The translations under genes and the position numbers were made by a program. This document shows, piece by piece, positions 45,283 through 54,315 of a stretch of DNA of 64,000 nucleotides; the first letter of the stretch is position 1; each line of letters opens with the position of its first letter. The notes under the pieces were generated by a model, which was not told the DNA's origin, did not search any database, and saw only the letters and a list, made by a program, of their open reading frames with translations. Source of the DNA: a virus (lineage: Duplodnaviria; Caudoviricetes); IMG/VR virus record IMGVR_UViG_3300021426_000009, positions 1 through 64,000 of that record, one strand, 5' to 3'.

Positions 45283-45619
45283 GTTCGAGGAGAGCCGTTA
45301 CCATCGTGGGAAGAAGTATTGGATGGCCACCACTCTCCTGAAGGCGGTTCAGGACCAGGAGCTTGAGCCGTTCGACTATCCAGTAGCCGCATATGACATG
45401 AGCAACAGGTATTTCGACCTGAATAACATGGATGATTTCTGCTGGCAGATGAAGAGGACTCTCGAGGCAGACTATAAGAACAACCCGATAATACTTGATG
45501 ACTTCGGACAGGTAGCAGACGGCAACCACCGCCTGTGCCATGCCATCCTTGACGGTGAGAGTACCGTGAAGGCCTATCGTCTGATAAGTATGCCGGAGCC
45601 TGATTTTACAGAGGAATGA
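45251..45619 (+). CDS. small ParB/Srx-like protein
   Basis: PIILDDFGQVADGNHRL motif. Confidence 0.7.
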   Translation: MPPVIAFSKFKFEESRYHRGKKYWMATTLLKAVQDQELEPFDYPVAAYDMSNRYFDLNNMDDFCWQMKRTLEADYKNNPIILDDFGQVADGNHRLCHAILDGESTVKAYRLISMPEPDFTEE

Positions 45620-45620
45620 A

Positions 45621-48134
45621 ATGGCAAGACCAAAAGGTATCAATCAGAAAGCCAAGTGGCGAGCACACTCCATCCGTCTGGCACGTTATGCGGACAGGGT
45701 GCAGTTGGTGTATGATACCTTGAATAGGGAGATTGCCAATTCCGTAGTAAGGGCGGGATATGACGGCACGGAGCCGTTCAGCTTCTCTGACTACCCCCTG
45801 ACGAAGAAGAAGTTCGAAGAGGTGCAGGCTGCTTTCGTTAGCGACCTGCGCTCTGTCATTTTCTCGGGTACGTCACAGGAATGGAAGGAGAGCAACCTCA
45901 TGCAGGATCTGCTTGCGGACAAGGTTCTGAAGTTCTATGGTGTGAAGAAGGACGGCAAGAAGCACCGTGTCTATTACCAGTCGAACAACGATGCGCTGAA
46001 GGCATTCCAGCAGAGGAAGGAGAACGGCCTCGGTCTCTCGGAAAGACTTTGGAACCAGTCGAAGAACTACAAGGAGGAAATGGAGTATGCCATTTCGTCT
46101 GCCATCGAGAAGGGTACGTCTGCCGTCAAGTTGTCTAAGCGCCTGAGTAAGTATCTGCAGGATTTTCCATCACTCAAGCACGACTACAAGGAGAAGTTCG
46201 GAAAGGCCGTCAAGTGTCAGGACTGCGAGTACCGCTCCATCCGTCTGGCGAGGTCGGAGATAAACATGGCTTACAGGACTGCTGAGCAGGAACGCTGGAA
46301 GCAGTTTGATTTTGTATTGGGCTATGAGGTGAAGCTGACTCAGAATGGCCGTCATGTGCCGGACATCTGCGACGACCTTGCAGGCAAGTACCCGAAGGAC
46401 TTCAAGTTCATGGGCTGGCACCCGAACTGCATGTGCTATGTCATCCCAATCCTCAAGACTGAGGAGCAGTTCTGGAACGATGAGGATGCACCTGAGATTG
46501 CCGAGCCTCCTAAGAACTTCACCGACTGGCTGAAGGATAATGCAGAGCGCATTGACAAGGCTGCGGAGAATGGTTCCCTCCCCTACTGGTACACGGACAA
46601 TGAAAAGTATGTGAACTTTAGAGGTAAAAGTTCTTACGACCTTCTTGCTATGCCGGAAGGACTTCCATCGAAATACAGGGAGAAATTTGACGAGTTGGTT
46701 TCAAAAGCTGAAAGCCAAATTGAGAACAAGGAGCAGTTCAGGTCATTCCAAGTGAACATCAAGCGTCTTGCTGAAATGCTTGCTGATGATAACGCAAGAG
46801 GAATGGTCGAGGAGCAGATGGGAGAATATTTCCTTGCATACATGGAAGATTATGCCAAGGGTAAGTCTATATATGTGTTTGAGGACCAAGTAAGAAAGTT
46901 CCAGGAGCGTTCGGGATTTGTCCGCAAACCGATAGAGCTGCGAATGCCAAAAATGGGAACTCTGCCATGTAATGCCGATGAAATTGTACGTTATCTCAAT
47001 TCCGTAGAGTCGTTGGAGGAGTTTTATATAAGATATGGCTATCGGTCATACGATGAGTTCTTTGACGCTATTGGAGGCATAGATAAGATTGAGGATAAGC
47101 TTCAGTCCATAGCCGATGAAAGCCGTGTCTATATGTGCCTTGATTCAAGCACGTTCGAAAAGCAGATTCTCAAAGGTGATGGCAAGTTCAAAAACTCTCT
47201 TGAAACAGGAAAGGGTACGTTTAAGACTGTAGGAGAAGAACGTGCAACAAAGGAGCGTATCATGTTTGGTCTTTCGGATGCAGACTATGATGTTATGCCA
47301 AAGTATGGGTTCGTGGCAGGAAGAGAGACTATGGACTATGAGCAGATCGTCAGCTTTGGATATGGAGATACCTATGTGAGGTTTAGGGACGCTTCTGTTC
47401 GTGGAAGAACATCGATAACGTGCGGTGACTCATATGATGGCAATAGGCTTCTGAAGGGAAGGATGGGATATAGCATGTCCTCTCCAGCTGTACCGTTGGA
47501 TCAGCCGGACGCTAATTTCTCTCTCGGCATTCTGTCTCATTCGAGGGATGGAGAGGTGGCTATCGAGAAACTGACGTCAGCAACGAAGCTATCGGAAATT
47601 CAAACATCTACCTATGTGGAGGCGCAGATATATGGTGTCCTTCGTATAGAAGATGTTGATGCAGTGTTCGTACAATCGAAAAAGCAGATGACTTCTCTGA
47701 CCAAGCTCTTAAAGAAACAGGGTCTGGATATTGAGGTATTGCCGTGTGAATATGACACACGACTAAAGTATCTTGCCGATGGATTTACAAATTATGAAGG
47801 AAAGGCTTCGAAATATGCCCATTCGCTGACGGACGGAGATTTGGACTTGCTTGGGGATTTCTACATCGATGGCCTCACGAAGAGGTTGGCCGACCCGAAG
47901 AACAGGTGGTGGGAAAAGATTTCCATGCCTGACGAGTTTATGGAAACCATGAAGAAGATCGCTGATGGGGCAGCCACTTCATCGGAGAAGAGGGCATGGC
48001 TCAAATCCTACTACGCTGAGCTGAGGAAGAAAGGAAATGGTGTGTTCCCGAAGGTTTGGTGGCAGGACTATTCGCCAAGCTACGGTGGATGGGTATCGGA
48101 TGTTTTGAACGAGAAATTACTGAAAGGATTGTAA
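45621..48134 (+). CDS. MuF/SPP1-gp7 minor head protein with long C-terminal extension (DUF3626/ART-like candidate)
   Basis: N-terminal RLARSEINMAY..CDDLAGKYPK..GWHPNCMC; about 500 extra aa with FKNSLETG, PKYG, TSITCGDS and YVEAQIYG. Confidence 0.8.
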   Translation: MARPKGINQKAKWRAHSIRLARYADRVQLVYDTLNREIANSVVRAGYDGTEPFSFSDYPLTKKKFEEVQAAFVSDLRSVIFSGTSQEWKESNLMQDLLADKVLKFYGVKKDGKKHRVYYQSNNDALKAFQQRKENGLGLSERLWNQSKNYKEEMEYAISSAIEKGTSAVKLSKRLSKYLQDFPSLKHDYKEKFGKAVKCQDCEYRSIRLARSEINMAYRTAEQERWKQFDFVLGYEVKLTQNGRHVPDICDDLAGKYPKDFKFMGWHPNCMCYVIPILKTEEQFWNDEDAPEIAEPPKNFTDWLKDNAERIDKAAENGSLPYWYTDNEKYVNFRGKSSYDLLAMPEGLPSKYREKFDELVSKAESQIENKEQFRSFQVNIKRLAEMLADDNARGMVEEQMGEYFLAYMEDYAKGKSIYVFEDQVRKFQERSGFVRKPIELRMPKMGTLPCNADEIVRYLNSVESLEEFYIRYGYRSYDEFFDAIGGIDKIEDKLQSIADESRVYMCLDSSTFEKQILKGDGKFKNSLETGKGTFKTVGEERATKERIMFGLSDADYDVMPKYGFVAGRETMDYEQIVSFGYGDTYVRFRDASVRGRTSITCGDSYDGNRLLKGRMGYSMSSPAVPLDQPDANFSLGILSHSRDGEVAIEKLTSATKLSEIQTSTYVEAQIYGVLRIEDVDAVFVQSKKQMTSLTKLLKKQGLDIEVLPCEYDTRLKYLADGFTNYEGKASKYAHSLTDGDLDLLGDFYIDGLTKRLADPKNRWWEKISMPDEFMETMKKIADGAATSSEKRAWLKSYYAELRKKGNGVFPKVWWQDYSPSYGGWVSDVLNEKLLKGL

Positions 48135-48136
48135 GT

Positions 48137-48322
48137 ATGAAGGTAAGGTTCCAAGAATATGACAAGAAATGGTTGTACGACACCAAGAAGAAGATGTTGT
48201 ACGACATTGTAGATAACGACTGCTACAAGTCGAAGATTGATATGATACAGCTGACGAAGTTCAATCCCTTCGCCAAGCTGACGCACACATACGTCATCAA
48301 TCCGTATAGAGTCCGAAAATGA
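48137..48322 (+). CDS. small protein after MuF (candidate immunity protein)
   Basis: 61 aa, starts 3 nt after the MuF stop. Confidence 0.55.
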   Translation: MKVRFQEYDKKWLYDTKKKMLYDIVDNDCYKSKIDMIQLTKFNPFAKLTHTYVINPYRVRK

Positions 48323-48336
48323 CGGCCATACGGCAA

Positions 48337-48459
48337 AAGTTAAACATTCTGAAAACCAGATTGTTAGCCGAAAAATACTTTGAAAAACGTTTGGTCATTT
48401 GCAAAAAAATGACTACCTTTACACTATAAAATAAGAAACATTATTAAACAAGAAGAGCA
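48337..48459 (+). promoter_or_regulatory. repeated early-type promoter/leader, copy 5
   Basis: Same conserved blocks. Confidence 0.75.
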
Positions 48460-48759
48460 ATGAAAAATCAGTTGGAAAAAGAAGTAAAGAGCATGATCGA
48501 AGGGTTAATCTCGGATGCCAAGGTCTATGAAGGCCTGAATCAGACGCACGATGATTTCAGGGTGTTTGTCGATGAGGGCAACCAGCAGTTGGCCATCATG
48601 TTCAAGGATGTCACTAACCAGTTCGGTCATGAGTGGAACGGACACCTGTATGAGATACAGGATGATAAACTCGAAATCGTAGAGTATGGAGCCTTCGACT
48701 GCATGGCCATCGAGGACTGGACAAACTGCGATTTCGTTGAAGTTGAATTGAAGTGGTGA
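48460..48759 (+). CDS. hypothetical protein
   Basis: AAGAGCAATG leader. Confidence 0.7.
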   Translation: MKNQLEKEVKSMIEGLISDAKVYEGLNQTHDDFRVFVDEGNQQLAIMFKDVTNQFGHEWNGHLYEIQDDKLEIVEYGAFDCMAIEDWTNCDFVEVELKW

Positions 48760-48819
48760 CCTTTAAGAAGATAAGAGTTATAAGAAACATAGTATTCACC
48801 TATTTAAAAATTAAGAGCA

Positions 48820-49488
48820 ATGAAGAAAGAAGAGTTGAAAGCAGCAATCACGAAGAATTTTGCTGAAAATGAGTTTGACAAGGCAATGGAGCTGAACAAG
48901 GATCTGTTCCAGGAGTATGAGAACGTGGCAGGCAAGCGCAGCCTTACCGCCCTTGTGACCTACTGGAAGAAGAGGTCAGAGGATGAGGGTATCAAGGAAG
49001 AAGGTACTCTCGAGCCTGTCGAGGAAACCATCACATCGGAGGAGTCAGGAGAGCTGGAGGAAGCCCTCGGCATCCCTGCACCCGAAGAGGTGAAGGTCGA
49101 GGAGCCTGAGCACCAGTTCATACTGGGAGAGACACTTGACACGGCACAGATAGAGACCCTGCTGGAGAGAGGCAACAAGGCTCTCACACGCTACTGCATC
49201 GTCAAGGAGGAGTTCAAGCAGATTAGCGACACGGAGCGTTTCATCAAGACCTCAATGATGGTCAAGGAGGACGGCTTCGGATGGAAGAGCTTCGAGTCGG
49301 CTATGGGAGTCCTCGGAGGCAAGAAAGGTATCACTGAGCGCAGGCTCGGCAGCTTCTGGAGATCGGAGTGCGGACTACCTGTCGGAGAGGAAATCACGAA
49401 GAAGACCATCTACAAGGTCGGAGAGGCATTGCGAAAGTTCGCCTTCCGTCTGAACGAGTCTGCCATCACATGTGTAACCAGCATCTAA
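48820..49488 (+). CDS. hypothetical protein
   Basis: AAGAGCAATG leader. Confidence 0.7.
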   Translation: MKKEELKAAITKNFAENEFDKAMELNKDLFQEYENVAGKRSLTALVTYWKKRSEDEGIKEEGTLEPVEETITSEESGELEEALGIPAPEEVKVEEPEHQFILGETLDTAQIETLLERGNKALTRYCIVKEEFKQISDTERFIKTSMMVKEDGFGWKSFESAMGVLGGKKGITERRLGSFWRSECGLPVGEEITKKTIYKVGEALRKFAFRLNESAITCVTSI

Positions 49489-49502
49489 GGAAGGAGGACG
49501 AT

Positions 49503-49703
49503 ATGTTAGGACTGACTGAGAGTGTAAGCCGTAGTCTCGAGATTTCCGAAGAGGAGGCTGACAAGATAATAGATGAGCAGGCACAGCTCGGACTGGACAT
49601 GATGTCCGATGAGGGACTGGACATAGAGGACGTAGAGGATCTGATGGCGGACATGGGAATAGAGCCGGACTTAATGGAGGAGTTCCTACTGCGAATGTGC
49701 TGA
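49503..49703 (+). CDS. small acidic protein
   Basis: MLGLTESVS...; preceded by AGGAGG. Confidence 0.65.
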   Translation: MLGLTESVSRSLEISEEEADKIIDEQAQLGLDMMSDEGLDIEDVEDLMADMGIEPDLMEEFLLRMC

Positions 49704-49731
49704 CTACCCTCACAACTATCCACCTGTAAAG

Positions 49732-49767
49732 AATTAGGGGCCTAAGCAAGTTCTTAGACCCCTAATT
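49732..49767. terminator. bidirectional hairpin terminator
   Basis: AATTAGGGGCCTAAG-caagtt-CTTAGACCCCTAATT between convergent genes. Confidence 0.7.
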
Positions 49768-49773
49768 TAGTGT

Positions 49774-50088
49774 TTAATCGACCTCTTTCAAATGCCTATC
49801 GAGAACCCATACTTCCCTGCCTGAAGAAAGCCGAACTTGGACTTTCCAGTCCTTTACCTGAAGGATTGTGCCAAGCTGTCCGTTGAACAGAAGGATTGTG
49901 CTGTCGGATTCCACCATGCTGTCGAACTCCGCAGCATTCTTGTTGGTTGCATGATATGTCAGCTGCTCCAGACAGCTCTCACTATAGCAGCCGACGCAGT
50001 TGGTCTTGACTTTCACCTTCGAGCCTGTCTTGATTCCTCCACAGGCCGTCAGGATGACGAGAATGGATATAAATATGATTTTCTTCAT
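49774..50088 (-). CDS. putative lipoprotein (moron)
   Basis: MKKIIFISILVILTA-C lipobox; opposite strand to the structural operon. Confidence 0.75.
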   Translation of the reverse strand: MKKIIFISILVILTACGGIKTGSKVKVKTNCVGCYSESCLEQLTYHATNKNAAEFDSMVESDSTILLFNGQLGTILQVKDWKVQVRLSSGREVWVLDRHLKEVD

Positions 50089-50160
50089 GCCGCAAAGTTA
50101 GGAAAAGTTTTCGAGAATGTGCAAAGGTAGATACAAAAACAGGCGAGTTTAGAAAAATTA

Positions 50161-50177
50161 TGCTTGAAAATCAAGCA
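50161..50177. promoter_or_regulatory. perfect 17-bp palindrome TGCTTGA-AAA-TCAAGCA upstream of the head operon
   Basis: Direct reading; three further copies elsewhere. Confidence 0.65.
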
Positions 50178-50313
50178 GATTTGAATAAGAATTGATAATT
50201 TTGTGGCAGAAAGCGTATGCAGATGCGCAAAATGAAGGCCCTGCTCTTTTGGAAGGTACCTGCAATGCGTTCATCGCAACGCAAGAGTAGTAACCATCTA
50301 AATTTGTAGTTCA

Positions 50314-51093
50314 ATGAACAAGAGACAGAGAAGGGTTTTCACCCTGTTGAGAACGAAGACTAAGGCAATCGGTCTCAATCGTAAGGAGTTAGAGAGTCTT
50401 GCTATCAAGATTGACAAGAATCTGGAACTCGAAGAAGATGCCTCGGACGAGGACGTTGACGCTGCAGCAGAAGCTGCGATTGATGCGGCACTCCCGTTCT
50501 TAGAAGTGAGCCAGTCCGTGGCTCAACGCTCTATCCAAACAGCTTTGCAGCGTCGCCAGACCCAGCAGGACGATGACGATGATGATGTGATCGACGATGA
50601 TGATGTCAATGATGATGACGACCCCGATGACGTCAACCGACAGAACCAGCGTCAGCCGAAAGGAAAGGGCAAGAAAAACCGCAGCACTAAGTCGGAGGAC
50701 AGTGAACTCTTGAAGATTCTGAAGAAGCAGAACGAATCCATCGAAGCGTTGCAGAAGACGATTGCCGGCATGCAGGGCGACCGTGTCAACGAGACGAGAC
50801 GTGCAAGGCTGAAGAAGCTGGTGGAGAACACAGGCACGTTCGGCAAGGCCGCACTCAGGCAGTTCGACCTGATGACCTTCAAGGATGACGAAGCTTTCGA
50901 TGATTATCTCGACGAGGTGCAGAAGGATTTGGACGACCTCAATCAGGAGCGTGCTAACGAGGGCCTCGGCAAGCTCGGAGACGTGCCTGGCGGTGGAGGT
51001 AAGAAGAACCCAGAGACTCAAAACAAGCCGGAGGTGATGTCTGACGAAGCTATCATTGCTATGGCAGGCGGAACTCCACAAACAACAAAGTAA
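50314..51093 (+). CDS. capsid scaffolding protein
   Basis: Acidic, coiled-coil, upstream of the capsid genes. Confidence 0.7.
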   Translation: MNKRQRRVFTLLRTKTKAIGLNRKELESLAIKIDKNLELEEDASDEDVDAAAEAAIDAALPFLEVSQSVAQRSIQTALQRRQTQQDDDDDDVIDDDDVNDDDDPDDVNRQNQRQPKGKGKKNRSTKSEDSELLKILKKQNESIEALQKTIAGMQGDRVNETRRARLKKLVENTGTFGKAALRQFDLMTFKDDEAFDDYLDEVQKDLDDLNQERANEGLGKLGDVPGGGGKKNPETQNKPEVMSDEAIIAMAGGTPQTTK

Positions 51094-51105
51094 AAGTAAA
51101 AGATT

Positions 51106-51516
51106 ATGGGCGCACAAGCTAATTTGAACCAAGAAGGCATGAAGATCCTGTCAGCCAATGACAGCATCATCATCCGCAAGTATGGTGCAGGTATCAATGG
51201 CGGTCGTACCCTTGACATGAGCGATTTCCCCGCTTCGGAGAAGTGCATCAAGGCCGGTCACGTTGTTATCCGCAGCATTGAGGACGAGACGCTTTACAAG
51301 CCTATGCCTGTCTCTGAGGACGGCAAGAGCTATGCCTCTCTCCCTGAAGGGTACGAGTATGTTGGTGTAGTCGTAGCCACCAAGCCTGTTGACTATCCTC
51401 TCGTAGGTATTATGTACGCAGGCGAGGTGAACGATGTGGCCAGCCCCTACCCAGTGAGTGATATAAAGTCCGACCTGAAGACTGCACTTCCCGGACTCGT
51501 GTTCATGCACGACTAA
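51106..51516 (+). CDS. head decoration protein
   Basis: Between scaffold and MCP; IKAGHVVI and GIMYAGEVN pattern. Confidence 0.7.
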   Translation: MGAQANLNQEGMKILSANDSIIIRKYGAGINGGRTLDMSDFPASEKCIKAGHVVIRSIEDETLYKPMPVSEDGKSYASLPEGYEYVGVVVATKPVDYPLVGIMYAGEVNDVASPYPVSDIKSDLKTALPGLVFMHD

Positions 51517-51551
51517 GTTGCAGAAACGACGTATAAACAGAAGATAAGGAT

Positions 51552-53144
51552 ATGCAAGAATCATTGTTTATTCAGTTTGTCATGGCTCTCTTCCCGAAGC
51601 TGTCGCTTTACGTGAAGACGAAGGTCAACAACGGCCAGGCCATGACCTACCTCCACAAGACGATGCTGAACCCTGTGTACAGTGCCGATCAGAAGTGGGA
51701 GGGTACCTCTGCCAATACGGTGTATGTAGCTGCTGACATGGTGGCCATGGATTCTCCCCTGCCCATTAAGAGACGTGACTCTATCGCTACGTCGAACGGC
51801 AAGCTGCCAAAGATTGGTATGGAGAAGAAGAAGGGTGAGACCGACATCAACACCCTGAACATCATGAATGCGCAGTATCAGGCAATGGTGGCCGTCGGCA
51901 ACCAGGCTGCTGCTGCCTCTCAGCGTCAGCGCATCATCCAGCAGTTCGCAAACGACTCTGTCTATTGCTCTGTTGGTATCGACGAGAAGAACGAGGCCAA
52001 CTTCCTGACCGCACTCTCTGACGGTGTCATGGCTGTTCCCGATGAGGAGAACACTGGTACCGCACTGCGTGTCAGCTTCGGCTACGAGAAGTTCCCTGGC
52101 AACCACTTCGGTGTAGAGGTGAAGGGCCACGTCAGCCGTGAGGACATCGAGCGTGTGTTCACAAAGGCTGAGCAGTTGGGTATCACCATCACCACTATCG
52201 CCATCGCCCTGTCGACCTATCGTAACATGAAGAAGGAGCGCTGGGCACGCGAGCTCGTCGCCAACGCTAAGGATATGTCGTACACGGACGACACGAAGCT
52301 CCCCATTCCTCCTGCAGAGGCATTCGACGATGCCTTCGCTACGGAGTTCGGTGGTGCTCAGTTCCTGAAGATCGACCGTACCGTGTACTTCGAGAAGAAC
52401 GGCAGGCGCACACCTGTTAAGCCGTTCAACCCGAACAAGCTGGTGTTCCTGACCTCTACGATGGTCGGTTCGCTTGTATGGGGTACACTTGCTGAGGCAA
52501 GCCATCCCGTTGCCGGTGTCCAGTACGCTACCATCGACGAGTACAAGCTGATTTCGGAGTTCTCTACCACTAAGCCCCTCATCGAGCATACTACTGGTGA
52601 GGCACTTGTCATCCCTGTCATCGAGAACGTTGACAACATTCTCACTATCGACATCACTGATGCCGAGGAGATCGACCCGAAGGCCGAGGAGGAGGACGTT
52701 GAGGACAGCTTCGTGACCATCGGAGGCTTCACATACAGCAAGCTCGAGGCCATCGCCAAGCTGAAGGCCCTCGGCCAGAACGTTCCTGCCAAGGCAAGTG
52801 ACAATGATGTCATCAAGGCATTCAACGGCCTGAGCGACGAGGAAGAGACTGCATTCCGCAAGGATGTCATCTATGTTCCGAAGCTGAGCCCGAAGAGCCT
52901 GTCATTCGCAGCTGCCGCTGACGAGACTGGCAAGACCGTGAAGGTGTCGAGCAACGACAAGGACAACCTCGCAGCCGCTTCAGTAGCTGCCGACAAGGAA
53001 TGGATTACCGCCTCTATCGCCAATGGCGTGGTGACCGTCAAGGTTGCAGCCAACAGCGGTGAGGGTGCTGCAGAGCGCTCAGGTAACGTGACCGTTACCG
53101 TAGGCAGCCGCAGCGCAGTGATCGCAGTGACTCAAACCGCCTAA
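51552..53144 (+). CDS. major capsid protein with C-terminal BACON-like Ig domain
   Basis: About 370-aa capsid-like region, a linker, then EWITAS..VTVKVAAN..RSGNVTVT..IAVTQ. Confidence 0.8.
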   Translation: MQESLFIQFVMALFPKLSLYVKTKVNNGQAMTYLHKTMLNPVYSADQKWEGTSANTVYVAADMVAMDSPLPIKRRDSIATSNGKLPKIGMEKKKGETDINTLNIMNAQYQAMVAVGNQAAAASQRQRIIQQFANDSVYCSVGIDEKNEANFLTALSDGVMAVPDEENTGTALRVSFGYEKFPGNHFGVEVKGHVSREDIERVFTKAEQLGITITTIAIALSTYRNMKKERWARELVANAKDMSYTDDTKLPIPPAEAFDDAFATEFGGAQFLKIDRTVYFEKNGRRTPVKPFNPNKLVFLTSTMVGSLVWGTLAEASHPVAGVQYATIDEYKLISEFSTTKPLIEHTTGEALVIPVIENVDNILTIDITDAEEIDPKAEEEDVEDSFVTIGGFTYSKLEAIAKLKALGQNVPAKASDNDVIKAFNGLSDEEETAFRKDVIYVPKLSPKSLSFAAAADETGKTVKVSSNDKDNLAAASVAADKEWITASIANGVVTVKVAANSGEGAAERSGNVTVTVGSRSAVIAVTQTA

Positions 53145-53157
53145 CCATTAACAAGCG

Positions 53158-53487
53158 ATGAAGACAGTCAGGCAGGCGCTCCTCGATGAGATTATCTACC
53201 CGATGCCCGAAGGGCTTGTGGAGAACAAGATGATAGCCCGTGGTCTCACTGGAGACAGCGAGTACGACCACGAAACGGCCATGTCGAAATCCTTCAAGGG
53301 ATGCTATGCCGACTGCCTCGTTGCATTGGTTCAGACCGTGAATTTCTCGGAAGCCGACAAGAGCGTGGGCTCTCTCTCCGACGAGTCGAAGAAGAGGCTT
53401 CTGAAGATAGCCAACAATATCTATGATGAGATCGGTGAGGAGGAGGTAGAAGCCGAGGCCAAGCCGACCGTTTATATCAACTGCTGA
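53158..53487 (+). CDS. head-tail connector
   Basis: Synteny and size. Confidence 0.7.
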   Translation: MKTVRQALLDEIIYPMPEGLVENKMIARGLTGDSEYDHETAMSKSFKGCYADCLVALVQTVNFSEADKSVGSLSDESKKRLLKIANNIYDEIGEEEVEAEAKPTVYINC

Positions 53488-53488
53488 C

Positions 53489-53827
53489 ATGCCCGTACTG
53501 AAGATGATGCCCCACAAGCTCTCCGTGCTTTCCGTCAGGGAGGCATACGAGGACGAGAACGGTGACTTCCACAAGGGTACTGAGGAATGGGAAGAGCTGT
53601 GCAGATGTGATGCCGTACCAGCCGGAGAGGCAAGGGAGATAGCACTTCCTGACGGCACGAAGACAGCATACAGCTATACCATCTACCTTCCAAAGAAGAC
53701 GAGGGAGTTCAGGACTGGCGAGAAGGTACGCATCAGCTTCTTCGGGAAAGGCATGTTGGAGGAGAAGAAGGAGTTCACGGTGAAAGGGTTCCACGCTTAT
53801 CAGCACCAGTGCAAGATGTGGGTATGA
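53489..53827 (+). CDS. head-closure protein
   Basis: Synteny and size. Confidence 0.65.
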   Translation: MPVLKMMPHKLSVLSVREAYEDENGDFHKGTEEWEELCRCDAVPAGEAREIALPDGTKTAYSYTIYLPKKTREFRTGEKVRISFFGKGMLEEKKEFTVKGFHAYQHQCKMWV

Positions 53828-54315
53828 AGGATATCAGGCTTGCCACGTCAACAAAGGCCATCGACGAGCTGTTCCGAAAAGCTGCGGAAATTCTCGTAGA
53901 GCGCATCAAGTACAACCTCAACTATCTCGGCCTTACCTGTGTCAGGAGAATAAAGGACAGAACGGGAAGTGAGAGCTGGTACGACCAGACGGGAAACCTC
54001 AGGAGTTCAATCGGCTATGCCATCTATTCATACGGAAGGAAGCAGATAGAGTCCAAGTTCCAGTCGGTGCTCAACGGAAGCGAAGGTGCCCAGAAGGGAC
54101 GCAAGATGGTGGATGAGTTGGCAGGCAGCTACTCGGAGACCTACGCACTGGTAGTCGTGGCGGCAATGGAATATGCGGAGTACGTGGAGGCGATGGAGTC
54201 GAAGGACGTCCTCGCATCGACTGAAATCTATGCCAAGCAGGAGGTTGAGCGATACCTCCAGAAGGCTGTACGTGAAGCAGAGAAGAAAATCCAGCAAATC
54301 GAAATCACCCTATGA
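53824..54315 (+). CDS. HK97-gp10-like tail-completion protein
   Basis: DQTGNLRSSIGY and YAEYVE motifs. Confidence 0.8.
   Translation: MKDIRLATSTKAIDELFRKAAEILVERIKYNLNYLGLTCVRRIKDRTGSESWYDQTGNLRSSIGYAIYSYGRKQIESKFQSVLNGSEGAQKGRKMVDELAGSYSETYALVVVAAMEYAEYVEAMESKDVLASTEIYAKQEVERYLQKAVREAEKKIQQIEITL

Noticed and set aside
51561-52589. 342-aa minus-strand ORF
   Set aside because: Antisense shadow of the major capsid protein.
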